A stretch of 64,000 nt of DNA from the human T2T-CHM13v2.0 reference genome, Homo sapiens, in the NCBI RefSeq assembly GCF_009914755.1, contig NC_060943.1, one strand, 5' to 3'. Made by a program: the position numbers and the translations under genes. Positions within the stretch are counted from its first letter, which is position 1. Every line of letters starts with the position of its first letter. Positions 38,801-53,100 of the stretch are shown here, piece by piece. The notes under the pieces were generated by a model that saw nothing but the letters and a program-made list of their open reading frames with translations, did not search any database and was not told where the DNA came from.

Positions 38801-41366
38801 CCTTGAGGCCTTCGTTGGAAACGGGATTTCTTCATATTATGCTAGACAGAAGAATTCTCAGTAACTTCCTTGTGTTGTGTGTATTCAACTCACAGAGTTG
38901 AACGATCCTTTACACGGAGCATACTTGAAACACTCTTGTTGTGGAATTTGCAAGTGGAGATTTCAGCCGCTTTGAGGTCAATGGTAGAATAGGAAATATC
39001 TTCCTATAGAAACTAGACAGAATGATTCTCAGAAACTCCTTTGTGATGTGTGCGTTCAACTCACAGAGTTTAACCTTTCTTTTCATAGAGCAGTTAGGAA
39101 ACACTCTGGTTGTAAAGTCTGCAAGTGGATATTCAGACATCTTTGAGGTTTTCGTTGGAAACGGGATTTCTTCATATTCTGCTATACAGAAGAATTCTCA
39201 GAAACTTCCTTGTGTTGTGTGTATTCAACTCACAGAGTTGAACGATCCTTTACACAGAGCCGACTTGATACACTCTTTTTGTGGAATTTGCAAGTGGAGA
39301 TTTCAGCCGCTTTGAGGTCAATGGTAGAATAGGAAATATCTTCCTATAGAAACTAGACAGAATGATTCTCAGAAACTCCTTTGTGATGTGTGCGTTCAAC
39401 TCACAGAGTTTAACCTTTCTTTTCATAGAGCAGTTAGGAAACACTCTGTTTGTGAAGTCTGTAAGTGGATATTCAGACCTCCTTGAGGCCTTCGTTGGAA
39501 ACGGGATTTCTTCATATTATGCTAGACAGAAGAATTCTCAGTAACTTCCTTGTATTGTGAGTATTCAACTCACAGAGTTAAACGATCCTTTACACAGAGC
39601 AGACTTGAAACACTCTTTTTGTGGAATTTGCAAGTGGAGAATTCAGCCGCTTTGAGGTCAATGGTAGAATAGTAAATATCTTCCTATAGAAAATTGACAG
39701 AATGATTGTCAGAAACTCCTTGGTGCTGTGTGCGTTCAACTCACAGAGTTTAAACTTTCTTTTCATAGAGCAGTTAGGAAACACTCTGTTTGTAAAGTCT
39801 GCAGGTGGATTTTCAGACATCATTGAGGCTTTCGTTGGAAACGGGATTTCTTCATATTCTGCTAGACAGAAGAATTCTCAGAAACTTCCTTGTGTTGTGT
39901 GTTTTCAACTCACAGTGTTGAACGATCCTTTACACAGAGCAGACTTGAAACACTCTTTTTGTGGGATTTGCAAGTGGAGATTTCAGCCGCTTTGAGGTCT
40001 ATGGTAGAAAAGGAAATATCTTCGTATAAAAACTAGACAGAATGATTCTCAGAAACTCCTTTGTGATGTGTGCGTTCAACTCACAGAGTTTAACCTTTCT
40101 GTTCATAGAGCAGTTGGGAAACACTCTGTTTGTAGAAGTCTGCAAGTGGATATTCAGACCTCTTTGAGGCCTTTGTTGGAAACGGGATTTCTTCATATTC
40201 TGCTAGACAGAAGAATTCTCAGTAACATCCTTGTGTTGTGTGTATTCAACTCACAGAGTTGAATGATCCTTTACACAGAACAGACTTGAAACACTCTTTT
40301 TGTGGAATTTGCAAGTGGAGACTTCAGCCGCTTTGAGGTCAATGGTAGAATAGGAAATATCTTCCTATAGAAACTAGACAGAATGATTCTCAGAAACTCC
40401 TTTGTGATGTGTGCATTCAACTCACAGAGTTTAACCTTTCTTTTCATAGAGCAGTTAGGAAACACTCTGTTTGTAAAGTCTGCAAGTGGATATTCAGACC
40501 TCCTTGAGGCCTTCGTTGGAAACGGGAATTCTTCATATTATGCTAGACAGAAGAATTCTCAGTAACTTCCTTGTATTGTGTGTATTCAACTCACAGAGTT
40601 GAACGATCCTTTACACAGAGCAGACTTGAAACACTCTCTTTGTGGAATTTGCAAGTGGAGATTTCAGCCGCTTTGAGGTCAATGGTAGAATAGGAAATAT
40701 CTTCCTATAGAAACAAGACAGAATGATTCTCAGAAACTCCTTTGTGATGTGTGCGTTCAACTCACAGAGTTTAACCTTTCTTTTCATAGAGCAGTTAGGA
40801 AACACTCTGTTTGTAATGTCTGCAAGTGGATATTCAGACATCTTTGAGGCTTTCGTTGGAAACGGGATTTCTTCATATTCTGCTATACAGAAGAATTCTC
40901 AGAAACTTCCTTGTGTTGTGTGTCTTCAACTCACAGAGTTGAACGATGCTTTACACAGAGTAGACTTGAAACACTCTTTTTGTGGAATTTGCAAGTGGAG
41001 ATTTCAGGCGCTTTGAGGTCAATGGTAGAAAAGGAAATATCTTCGTATAAAAACTAGACAGAATGATTCTCAGAAACTCCTTTGAGATGTGTGCGTTCAA
41101 CTCACAGAGTTTAACCTTTCTTTTCATAGAGCAGTTAGGAAACACTCTGTTTGTAAAGTCTGGAAGTGGATATTCAGACCTCTTTGAGGCCTTCCTTGGA
41201 AACGGGATTTCTTCATATTCTGCTAGAGAGAAGAATTCTCAGTAACTTCCTTGTGTTGTGTGTTTTCAAGTCACAGAGTTCAACGATCCTTTACACAGAG
41301 CAGACTTGAAACACTCTTTTTGTGGAATTTGCAAGTGGAGATTTCAGCCGCTTTGAGGTCAATGGT
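32890..41366 (+). repeat. Duplicated block ~32890-34905 / ~39351-41366, offset 6461 bp (19 dimers plus 1 bp)
   Basis: Shared GTGAAGTCTGTAAG, 1-bp insertion TGTAGAAGTC (~33674/~40135), GGGAATTC, AAACAAGAC and TTTGAGATG. ORF starts 33129/39590, 33538/39999, 34602/41063. Confidence 0.92.
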
Positions 41367-44300
41367 AGAATAGGAAATATCTTCCTATAGAAACTAGACA
41401 GAATGATTGTCAGAAACTCCTTTGTGATGTGTGCGTTCAACTCACAGACTTTAACCTTTCTTTTCATAGAGCAGTTAGGAAACACTCTGTTTGTAAAGTC
41501 TGCAAGTGGATATTCAGACCTCCTTGAGGCCTTCGTTGGAAACGGGATTTCTTCATATTATGCTAGACAGAAGAATTCTCAGTAACTTCCTTGTATTGTG
41601 TGTATTCAACTCACTGAGTTGAACGATCCTTTACACAGAGCAGACTTGAAACACTCTTCTTGTGGAATTTGCAAGTGGAGATTTCAGCCGCTTTGAGGTC
41701 AATGGTAGAATAGGAAATATCTTCCTATAGAAACTAGACAGAATGATTCTCAGAAACTCCTTTGTGATGTGTGCGTTCAACTCACAGAGTTTAACCTTTC
41801 TTTTCATAGAGCAGTTAGGAAACACTCTGTTTGTAATGTCTGCCAGTGGATATTCAGACATCTTTGAGGCTTTCGTTGGAAACGGGTTTTCTTCATATTC
41901 TGCTATACAGAAGAATTCTCAGAAACTTCCTTGTGTTGTGTGTATTCAACTCACAGAGTTGAACGATGCTTTACACAAAGTAGACTTGAAACACTCTTTT
42001 TGTGGAATTTGCAAGTGGAGATTTCAGGCGATTTGAGGTCAATGGTAGAAAAGGAAATATCTTCGTATAAAAATTAGACAGAATGATTCTCAGAAACTCC
42101 TTTCTGATGTGTGCATTCAACTCACAGAGTTTAACCTTTCTTTTCATAGAGCAGTTAGGAAACACTCTGTTTGTAAAGTCTGCAAGTGGATATTCAGACC
42201 TCTTTGAGGCCTTCGTTGGAAACGGGATTTCTTCATATTCTGCTAGAGAGAAGAATTCTCAGTAACTTCCTTGTGTTGTGTGTATTCAACTCACAAAGTT
42301 CAACGATCCTTTACACAGAGCAGACTTGAAACACTCTTTTTGTGGAATTTGCAAGTGGAGATTTCAGCCGCTTTGAGGTCAATGGTAGAATAGGAAATAT
42401 CTTCCTATAGAAACTAGACAGAATGATTCTCAGAAACTCCTTTGTGATGTGTGCGTTCAACTCACAGAGTTTAACCTTTCTTTTCATAGAGCAGTTAGGA
42501 AACACTCTGTTTGTAAAGTCTGCAAGTGGATATTCAGACCTCCTTGAGGCCTTCGTTGGAAACGGGATTTCTTCATATTATGCTAGACAGAAGAATTCTC
42601 AGTAACTTCCTTGTGTTGTGTGTATTCAACTCACAGAGTTGAACGATCCTTTACACAGAGCAGATTTGAAACACTCTTTTTGTGGAATTTGCAAGTGGAG
42701 ATTTCAGCCGCTTTGAGGTCAATGGTAGAATAGGAAATATCTTCCTATAGAAACTAGACAGAATGATTCTCAGAAACTCCTTTGTGATGTGTGCGTTCAA
42801 CTCACAGAGTTTAACCTTTCTTTTCATAGAGCAGTTAGGAAACACTCTGTTTGTAAAGTCTGCAAGTGGATATTCAGACCTCCTTGAGGCCTTCGTTGGA
42901 AACGGGATTTCTTCATATTATGCTAGACAGAAGAATTCTCAGTAACTTCCTTGTGTTGTGTGTATTCAACTCACAGAGTTGAACGATCCTTTACACGGAG
43001 CATACTTGAAACACTCTTGTTGTGGAATTTGCAAGTAGAGATTTCAGCCGCTTTGAGGTCAATGGTAGAATAGGAAATATCTTCCTATAGAAACTAGACA
43101 GAATGATTCTCAGAAACTCCTTTGTGATGTGTGCGTTCAACTCACAGAGTTTAACCTTTCTTTTCATAGAGCAGTTAGGAAACACTCTGGTTGTAAAGTC
43201 TGCAAGTGGATATTCAGACATCTTTGAGGTTTTTTTTGGAAACGGGATTTCTTCATATTCTGCTATACAGAAGAATTCTCAGAAACTTCCTTGTGTTGTG
43301 TGTATTCAACTCACAGAGTTGAACGATCCTTTACACAGAGCCGACTTGATACACTCTTTTTGTGGAATTTGCAAGTGGAGATTTCAGCCGCTTTGAGGTC
43401 AATGGTAGAATAGGAAATATCTTCCTATAGAAACTAGACAGAATGATTCTCAGAAACTCCTTTGTGATGTGTGCGTTCAACTCACAGAGTTTTACCATTC
43501 TTTTCATAGAGCAGTTAGGAAACACTCTGTTTGTAAAGTCTGCAAGTGGATATTCAGACCTCTTTGAGGCCTTCGTTGGAAACGGGATTTCTTCATATTC
43601 TGCTAGAGAGAAGAATTCTCAGTAACTTCCTTGTGTTGTGTGTATTCAACTCACAGAGTTCAACGATCCTTTACACAGAGCAGACTTGAAACACTCTTTT
43701 TGTGGAATTTGCAAGTGGAGATTTCAGCCGCTTTGAAGTCAATGGTAGAAAAGGAAATATCTTCGTATAAAAACTAGACAGAATGATTCTCAGAAACTCC
43801 TTTGTGATGTGTGTGTTCAACTCACAGAGTTTAACTTTTCTTTTCATAGAGCAGTTAGGAAACACTCTGTTTGTAAAGTCTGCAAGTGGATATTCAGACC
43901 TCCTTGAGGCCTTCGTTGGAAACGGGATTTCTTCATATTATGCTAGACTGAAGAATTCTCAGTAACTTCCTTGTGTTGTGTGTATTCAACTAACAGAGTT
44001 GAACGATCCTTTACACAGAGCAGACTTGAAACAGTCTTTTTGTGGAATTTGGAAGTGGAGAATTCACCCGCTTTGAGGTCAACTGTAGAATAGGAAATAT
44101 CTTCCTATAGAAAATTGACAGAATGATTGTCAGAAACTCCTTGGTGCTGTGTGCGTTCAACTCACACAGTTTAACCTTTCTTTTCATAGAGCAGTTAGGA
44201 AACACTCTGTTTTTAAAGTCTGCAGTTGGATATTCAGACATCATTGAGGCTTTCGTTGGAAACGGGATTTCTTCATATTCTGCTAGACAGAAGAATTCTC

Positions 44301-47300
44301 AGAAACTTCCTTGTGTTGTGTGTTTTCAAGTCACAGAGTTGAACGATCCTTTACACAGAGCAGACTTGAAACACTCTTTTTGTGGAATTTGCCAGTGGAG
44401 ATTTCAGCCGCTTTGAGGTCAACGGTAGAAAAGGAAATATCTTCGTATAAAAAGTAGACAGAATGATTCTCAGAAACTCCTTTGAGATGTGTGCGTTCAA
44501 CTCACAGAGTTTAACCTTTCTTTTCATAGAGCAGTTAGGAAACACTCTGTTTGTAAAGTCTGGAAGTGGATATTCAGACCTCTTTGAGGCCTTCGTTGGA
44601 AACGGGATTTCTTCATATTCTGCTAGAGAGAAGAATTCTCAGTAACTTCCTTGTGTTGTGTGTTTTCAAGTCACAGAGTTCAACGATCCTTTACACAGAG
44701 CAGACTTGAAACACTCTTTTTGTGGAATTTGCAAGTGGAGATTTCAGCCGCTTTGAGGTCAATGGTAGAAAAGGAAATATCTTCGTATAAAAACTAGACA
44801 GAATGATTCTCAGAAACTCCTTTGTGATGTGTGCGTTCAACTCACAGAGTTTAACCTTTCTTTTCATAGAGCAGTTGGGAAACACTCTGTTTGTAAAGTC
44901 TACAAGTGGATATTCAGACCTCTTTGAGGCCTTCGTTGGAAACGGGATTTCTTCATATTCTGCTAGAGAGAAGAATTCTCAGTAACTTCCTTGTGTTGTG
45001 TGTATTCAACTCACAGAGTTGAATGATCCTTTACACAGAACAGACTTGAAACACTCTTTTTGTGGAATTTGCAAGTGGAGATTTCAGCCGCTTTGAGGTC
45101 AATGGTAGAAAAGGAAATATCTTCGTATAAAAACTAGACAGAATGATTCTCAGAAACTCCTTTGTGATGTGTGCGTTCAACTCACAGAGTTTAACCTTTC
45201 TTTTCATAGAGCAGTTAGGAAACACTCTGTTTGTAAAGTCTGGAAGTGGATATTCAGACCTCTTTGAGGCCTTCGTTGGAAACGGGATTTCTTCATATTC
45301 TGCTAGAGAGAAGAATTCTCAGTAACTTCCTTGTGTTGTGTGTATTCAACTCACAGAGTTCAACGATCCTTTACACAGAGCAGACTTGAAACACTCTTTT
45401 TGGGGAATTTGCAAGTGGAGATTTCAGCCGCTTTGAGGTCAATGGTAGAATAGGAAATATCTTCCTATAGAAACTAGACAGAATGATTGTCAGAAACTCC
45501 TTTGTGATGTGTGCGTTCAACTCACAGACTTTAACCTTTCTTTTCATAGAGCAGTTAGGAAACACTCTGTTTGTAAAGTCTGCAAGTGGATATTCAGACC
45601 TCCTTGAGGCCTTCGTTGGAAACGGGATTTCTTCATATTATGCTAGACAGAAGAATTCTCAGTAACTTCCTTGTATTGTGTGTATTCAACTCACTGAGTT
45701 GAACGATCCTTTACACAGAGCAGACTTGAAACACTCTTCTTGTGGAATTTGCAAGTGGAGATTTCAGCCGCTTTGAGGTCAATGGTAGAATAGGAAATAT
45801 CTTCCTATAGAAACTAGACAGAATGATTCTCAGAAACTCCTTTGTGATGTGTGCGTTCAACTCACAGAGTTTAACCTTTCTTTTCATAGAGCAGTTAGGA
45901 AACACTCTGTTTGTAATGTCTGCCAGTGGATATTCAGACATCTTTGAGGCTTTCGTTGGAAACGGGTTTTCTTCATATTCTGCTATACAGAAGAATTCTC
46001 AGAAACTTCCTTGTGTTGTGTGTATTCAACTCACAGAGTTGAACGATGCTTTACACAAAGTAGACTTGAAACACTCTTTTTGTGGAATTTGCAAGTGGAG
46101 ATTTCAGGCGATTTGAGGTCAATGGTAGAAAAGGAAATATCTTCGTATAAAAATTAGACAGAATGATTCTCAGAAACTCCTTTCTGATGTGTGCATTCAA
46201 CTCACAGAGTTTAACCTTTCTTTTCATAGAGCAGTTAGGAAACACTCTGTTTGTAAAGTCTGCAAGTGGATATTCAGACCTCTTTGAGGCCTTCGTTGGA
46301 AACGGGATTTCTTCATATTCTGCTAGAGAGAAGAATTCTCAGTAACTTCCTTGTGTTGTGTGTATTCAACTCACAAAGTTCAACGATCCTTTACACAGAG
46401 CAGACTTGAAACACTCTTTTTGTGGAATTTGCAAGTGGAGATTTCAGCCGCTTTGAGGTCAATGGTAGAATAGGAAATATCTTCCTATAGAAACTAGACA
46501 GAATGATTCTCAGAAACTCCTTTGTGATGTGTGCGTTCAACTCACAGAGTTTAACCTTTCTTTTCATAGAGCAGTTAGGAAACACTCTGTTTGTAAAGTC
46601 TGCAAGTGGATATTCAGACCTCCTTGAGGCATTCGTTGGAAACGGGATTTCTTCATATTATGCTAGACAGAAGAATTCTCAGTAACTTCCTTGTGTTGTG
46701 TGTATTCAACTCACAGAGTTGAACGATCCTTTACACAGAGCAGATTTGAAACACTCTTTTTGTGGAATTTGCAAGTGGAGATTTCAGCCGCTTTGAGGTC
46801 AATGGTAGAATAGGAAATATCTTCCTATAGAAACTAGACAGAATGATTCTCAGAAACTCCTTTGTGATGTGTGCGTTCAACTCACAGAGTTTAACCTTTC
46901 TTTTCATAGAGCAGTTAGGAAACACTCTGTTTGTAAAGTCTGCAAGTGGATATTCAGACCTCCTTGAGGCCTTCGTTGGAAACGGGATTTCTTCATATTA
47001 TGCTAGACAGAAGAATTCTCAGTAACTTCCTTGTGTTGTGTGTATTCAACTCACAGAGTTGAACGATCCTTTACACGGAGCATACTTGAAACACTCTTGT
47101 TGTGGAATTTGCAAGTGGAGATTTCAGCCGCTTTGAGGTCAATGGTAGAATAGGAAATATCTTCCTATAGAAACTAGACAGAATGATTCTCAGAAACTCC
47201 TTTGTGATGTGTGCGTTCAACTCACAGAGTTTAACCTTTCTTTTCATAGAGCAGTTAGGAAACACTCTGGTTGTAAAGTCTGCAAGTGGATATTCAGACA

Positions 47301-48500
47301 TCTTTGAGGTTTTTTTTGGAAACGGGATTTCTTCATATTCTGCTATACAGAAGAATTCTCAGAAACTTCCTTGTGTTGTGTGTATTCAACTCACAGAGTT
47401 GAACGATCCTTTACACAGAGCCGACTTGATACACTCTTTTTGTGGAATTTGCAAGTGGAGATTTCAGCCGCTTTGAGGTCAATGGTAGAATAGGAAATAT
47501 CTTCCTATAGAAACTAGACAGAATGATTCTCAGAAACTCCTTTGTGATGTGTGCGTTCAACTCACAGAGTTTTACCATTCTTTTCATAGAGCAGTTAGGA
47601 AACACTCTGTTTGTAAAGTCTGCAAGTGGATATTCAGACCTCTTTGAGGCCTTCGTTGGAAACGGGATTTCTTCATATTCTGCTAGAGAGAAGAATTCTC
47701 AGTACCTTCCTTGTGTTGTGTGTATTCAACTCACAGAGTTCAACGATCCTTTACACAGAGCAGACTTGAAACACTCTTTTTGTGGAATTTGCAAGTGGAG
47801 ATTTCAGCCGCTTTGAAGTCAATGGTAGAAAAGGAAATATCTTCGTATAAAAACTAGACAGAATGATTCTCAGAAACTCCTTTGTGATGTGTGTGTTCAA
47901 CTCACAGAGTTTAACTTTTCTTTTCATAGAGCAGTTAGGAAACACTCTGTTTGTAAAGTCTGCAAGTGGATATTCAGACCTCCTTGAGGCCTTCGTTGGA
48001 AACGGGATTTCTTCATATTATGCTAGACTGAAGAATTCTCAGTAACTTCCTTGTGTTGTGTGTATTCAACTAACAGAGTTGAACGATCCTTTACACAGAG
48101 CAGACTTGAAACAGTCTTTTTGTGGAATTTGGAAGTGGAGAATTCACCCGCTTTGAGGTCAACTGTAGAATAGGAAATATCTTCCTATAGAAAATTGACA
48201 GAATGATTGTCAGAAACTCCTTGGTGCTGTGTGCGTTCAACTCACACAGTTTAACCTTTCTTTTCATAGAGCAGTTAGGAAACACTCTGTTTTTAAAGTC
48301 TGCAGTTGGATATTCAGACATCATTGAGGCTTTCGTTGGAAACGGGATTTCTTCATATTCTGCTAGACAGAAGAATTCTCAGAAACTTCCTTGTGTTGTG
48401 TGTTTTCAAGTCACAGAGTTGAACGATCCTTTACACAGAGCAGACTTGAAACACTCTTTTTGTGGAATTTGCCAGTGGAGATTTCAGCCGCTTTGAGGTC
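41275..48500 (+). repeat. Duplicated block ~41275-44420 / ~45355-48500, offset 4080 bp (12 dimers)
   Basis: ORF starts 41631/45711, 41971/46051, 43331/47411, 44011/48091. Shared GAGGTTTTTTTTGG and TTTACCATTC variants. Confidence 0.92.
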
Positions 48501-50150
48501 AATGGTAGAAAAGGAAATATCTTCGTATAAAAATTAGACAGAATGATTCTCAGAAACTCCTTTGTGATGTGTGCGTTCAACTCACAGAGTTTAACCTTTC
48601 TTTTCATAGAGCAGTTGGGAAACACTCTGTTTGTAAAGTCTGCAAGTGGATATTCAGACCTCTTTGAGGCCTTCGTTGGAAACGGGATTTCTTCATATTC
48701 TGCTAGACAGAAGAATTCTCAGTAACTTCCTTGTGTTGTGTGTATTCAACTCACAGAGTTCAACGATCCTTTACACAGAGCAGACTTGAAACACTCTTTT
48801 TGTGGAATTTGCAAGTGGAGATTTCAGCCGCTTTGAGGTCAATGGTAGAATAGGAAATATCTTCCTATAGAAACTAGACAGAATGATTGTCAGAAACTCC
48901 TTTGTGATGTGTGCGTTCAACTCACAGACTTTAACCTTTCTTTTCATAGAGCAGTTAGGAAACACTCTGTTTGTAATGTCTGCCAGTGGATATTCAGACA
49001 TCTTTGAGGCTTTCGTTGGAAACGGGTTTTCTTCATATTCTGCTATACAGAAGAATTCTCAGAAACTTCCTTGTGTTGTGTGTATTCAACTCACAGAGTT
49101 GAACGATGCTTTACACAGAGTAGACTTGAAACACTCTTTTTGTGGAATTTGCAAGTGGAGATTTCAGGCGATTTGAGGTCAATGGTAGAAAAGGAAATAT
49201 CTTCGTATAAAAATTAGACAGAATGATTCTCAGAAACTCCTTTGTGATGTGTGCATTCAACTCACAGAGTTTAACCTTTCTTTTCATAGAGCAGTTAGGA
49301 AACACTCTGTTTGTAAAGTCTGCAAGTGGATATTCAGACCTCCTTGAGGCCTTCGTTGGAAACGGGATTTCTTCATATTATGCTAGACAGAAGAATTCTC
49401 AGTAACTTCCTTGTGTTGTGTGTATTCAACTCACAGAGTTGAACGATCCTTTACACAGAGCAGATTTGAAACACTCTTTTTGTGGAATTTGCAAGTGGAG
49501 ATTTCAGCCGCTTTGAGGTCAATGGTAGAATAGGAAATATCTTCCTATAGAAACTAGACAGAATGATTCTCAGAAACTCCTTTGTGATGTGTGCGTTCAA
49601 CTCACAGAGTTTAACCTTTCTTTTCATAGAGCAGTTAGGAAACACTCTGTTTGTAAAGTCTGCAAGTGGATATTCAGACCTCCTTGAGGCCTTCGTTGGA
49701 AACGGGATTTCTTCATATTATGCTAGACAGAAGAATTCTCAGTAACTTCCTTGTGTTGTGTGTATTCAACTCACAGAGTTGAACGATCCTTTACACGGAG
49801 CATACTTGAAACACTCTTGTTGTGGAATTTGCAAGTGGAGATTTCAGCCGCTTTGAGGTCAATGGTAGAATAGGAAATATCTTCCTATAGAAACTAGACA
49901 GAATGATTCTCAGAAACTCCTTTGTGATGTGTGCGTTCAACTCACAGAGTTTAACCTTTCTTTTCATAGAGCAGTTAGGAAACACTCTGGTTGTAAAGTC
50001 TGCAAGTGGATATTCAGACATCTTTGAGGTTTTCGTTGGAAACGGGATTTCTTCATATTCTGCTATACAGAAGAATTCTCAGAAACTTCCTTGTGTTGTG
50101 TGTATTCAACTCACGGAGTTGAACGATCCTTTACACAGAGCCGACTTGAT

Positions 50151-53100
50151 ACACTCTTTTTGTGGAATTTGCAAGTGGAGATTTCAGCCGCTTTGAGGTC
50201 AATGGTAGAATAGGAAATATCTTCCTATAGAAACTAGACAGAATGATTCTCAGAAACTCCTTTGTGATGTGTGCGTTCAACTCACAGAGTTTAACCTTTC
50301 TTTTCATAGAGCAGTTAGGAAACACTCTGTGTGTAAAGTCTGCAAGTGGATATTCAGACCTCATTGAGGCCTTCGTTGGAAACGGGATTTCTTCATATTA
50401 TGCTAGACAGAAGAATTCTCAGTAACTTCCTTGTATTGTGTGTATTCAACTGACAGAGTTGAACGATCCTTTACACAGAGCAGACTTGAAACACTCTTTT
50501 TGAGGAATTTGCAAGTGGAGATTTCAGCCGCTTTGAGGTCAATGGTAGAATAGTAAATATCTTCGTATAAAAACTAGACAGAATGATTCTCAGAAACTCC
50601 TTTGTGATGTGTGTGTTCAACTCACAGAGTTTAACTTTTCTTTTCATAGAGCAGTTAGGAAACACTCTGTTTGTAAAGTCTGCAAGTGGATATTCAGACC
50701 TCCTTGAGGCCTTCGTTGGAAACGGGATTTCTTCATATTCTGCTAGACAGAAGAATTCTCAGAAACTTCCTTGTGTTGTGTGTTTTCAAGTCACAGAGTT
50801 GAACGATCCTTTACACAGAGCAGACTTGAAACACTCTTTTTGTGGAATTTGCAAGTGGAGATTTCAGCCGCTTTGAGGTCAATGGTAGAAAAGGAAATAT
50901 CTTCGTATAAAAACTAGACAGAATGATTCTCAGAAACTCCTTTGTGATGTGTGCGTTCAACTCACAGAGTTTAACCTTTCTTTTCATAGAGCAGTTGGGA
51001 AACACTCTGTTTGTAAAGTCTGCAAGTGGATATTCAGACCTCTTTGAGGCCTTCGTTGGAAACGGGATTTCTTCATATTCTGCTAGACAGAAGAATTCTC
51101 AGTAACTTCCTTGTGTTGTGTGTATTCAACTCACAGAGTTGAATGATCCTTTACGCAGAACAGACTTGAAACACTCTTTTTGTGGAATTTGCAAGTGGAG
51201 ATTTCAGCCGCTTTGAGGTCAATGGTAGAAAAGGAAATATATTCGTATAAAAACTAGACAGAATGATTCTCAGAAACTCCTTTGTGATGTGTGCGTTCAA
51301 CTCACAGAGTTTAACCTTTCTTTTCATAGAGCAGTTAGGAAACACTCTGTTTGTAAAGTCTGCAAGTGGATATTCAGACCTCTTTGAGGCCTTCATTGGA
51401 AACTGGATTTCTTCATATTCTGCTAGACAGAAGAATTCTCAGTAACTTCCTTGTGTTGTGTGTATTCAACTCACAGAGTTGAACGATCCTTTACACAGAG
51501 CAGACTTGAAACACTCTTCTTGTGGAATTTGCAAGTGGAGATTTCAGCCGCTTTGTGGTCAATGGTAGAAAAGGAAATATCTTCGTATAAAAACTAGACA
51601 GAATGATTCTCAGAAACTCCTTTGTGATGTGTGCGTTCAACTCACAGAGTTTAACCTTTCTTTTCATAGAGCAGTTAGGAAACACTCTGTTTGTAAAGTC
51701 TGCAAGTGGATATTGAGACCTCCTTGAGGCCTTCGTTGGAAACGGGATTTCTTCATATTATGCTAGACAGAAGAATTCTCAGTAACTTCCTTGTGTTGTG
51801 TGTATTCAACTCACAGAGTTGAACGATCCTTTACACAGAGCATTCTTGAAACACTCTTCTTGTGGAATTTGCAAGTGGAGATTTCAGCCACTTTGAGGTC
51901 AATGGTAGAATAGGAAATATCTTCCTATAGAAACTAGACAGAATGATTCTCAGAAACTCCTTTGTGATGTGTGCGTTCAACTCACAGAGTTTAACCTTTC
52001 TTTTCATAGAGCAGTTAGGAAACACTCTGTTTCTAAAGTCTGCAAGTGGATATTCAGACCTCCTTGAGGCCTTCTTTGGAAACGGGATTTCTTCATATTT
52101 TGCTAGACAGAAGAATTCTCAGTAACTTCCTTGTGTTGTGTGTATTCAACTCACAGAGTTGAATGATCCTTTACACAGAGCAGACTTGAAACACTCTTTT
52201 TGTGGAATTTGCAAGTGGAGATTTCAGCCGCTTTGTGGTCAATGGTAGAATAGGAAATATCTCCCTATAGAAACTAGACAGAATGATTCTCAGAAACTCC
52301 TTTGTGATGTGTGCGTTCAACTCACAGAGTTTAAACTTTCTTTTCATAGAGCAGTTAGGAAACACTCTGTTTGTAAAGTCTGCAAGTGGATATTCAGACC
52401 TCCTTGAGGCCTTCGTTGGAAACGGGATTTCTTCATATTATGCTAGACAGAAGAATTCTCAGTAACTTCCTTGTATTGTGTGTATTCAACTCACAGAGTT
52501 GAACGATCCTTTACACAGAGCATACTTGAAACACTCTTGTTGTGGAATTTGCAAGTGGAGATTTCAGCCGCTTTGAGGTCAATGGTAGAATAGGAAATAT
52601 CTTCCTATAGAAACTAGACAGAATGATTCTCAGAAACTCCTTTGTGATGTGTGCGTTCAACTCACAGAGTTTAACCTTTCTTTTCATAGAGCAGTTAGGA
52701 AACACTCTGTTTGTAAAGTCTGCAAGTGGAGATTAAGACATCTTAGAGGCTTTCTTTGGAAACGGGATTTCTTCATATTCTGCTAGACAGAAGAATTCTC
52801 AGAAACTTCCTTGTGTTGTGTGTATTCAACTCACAGAGTTGAACGAACTTTTACACAGAGCAGACTTGAAACACTCTTTTTGAGGAATTTGCAAGTGGAG
52901 ATTTCAGCCGCTTTGTGGTCAATGGTAGAATAGGAAATATCTTCCCATAGAAACTAGACAGAATGATTCTCAGAAACTCCTTTGTGATGTGTGCGTTCAA
53001 CTCACAGAGTTTAACCTTTCTTTTCATAGAGCAGTTAGGAAACACTCTGTTTGTAAAGTCTGCAAGTGGATATTCAGACCTCCTTGAGGCCTTCGTTGGA

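Noticed and set aside
43230-43237. T8 run as a terminator or retro-insertion tail (also ~47310)
   Set aside because: It is a CENP-B box altered by substitutions (CTTTCGTT>TTTTTTTT) with no length change or target-site duplication.
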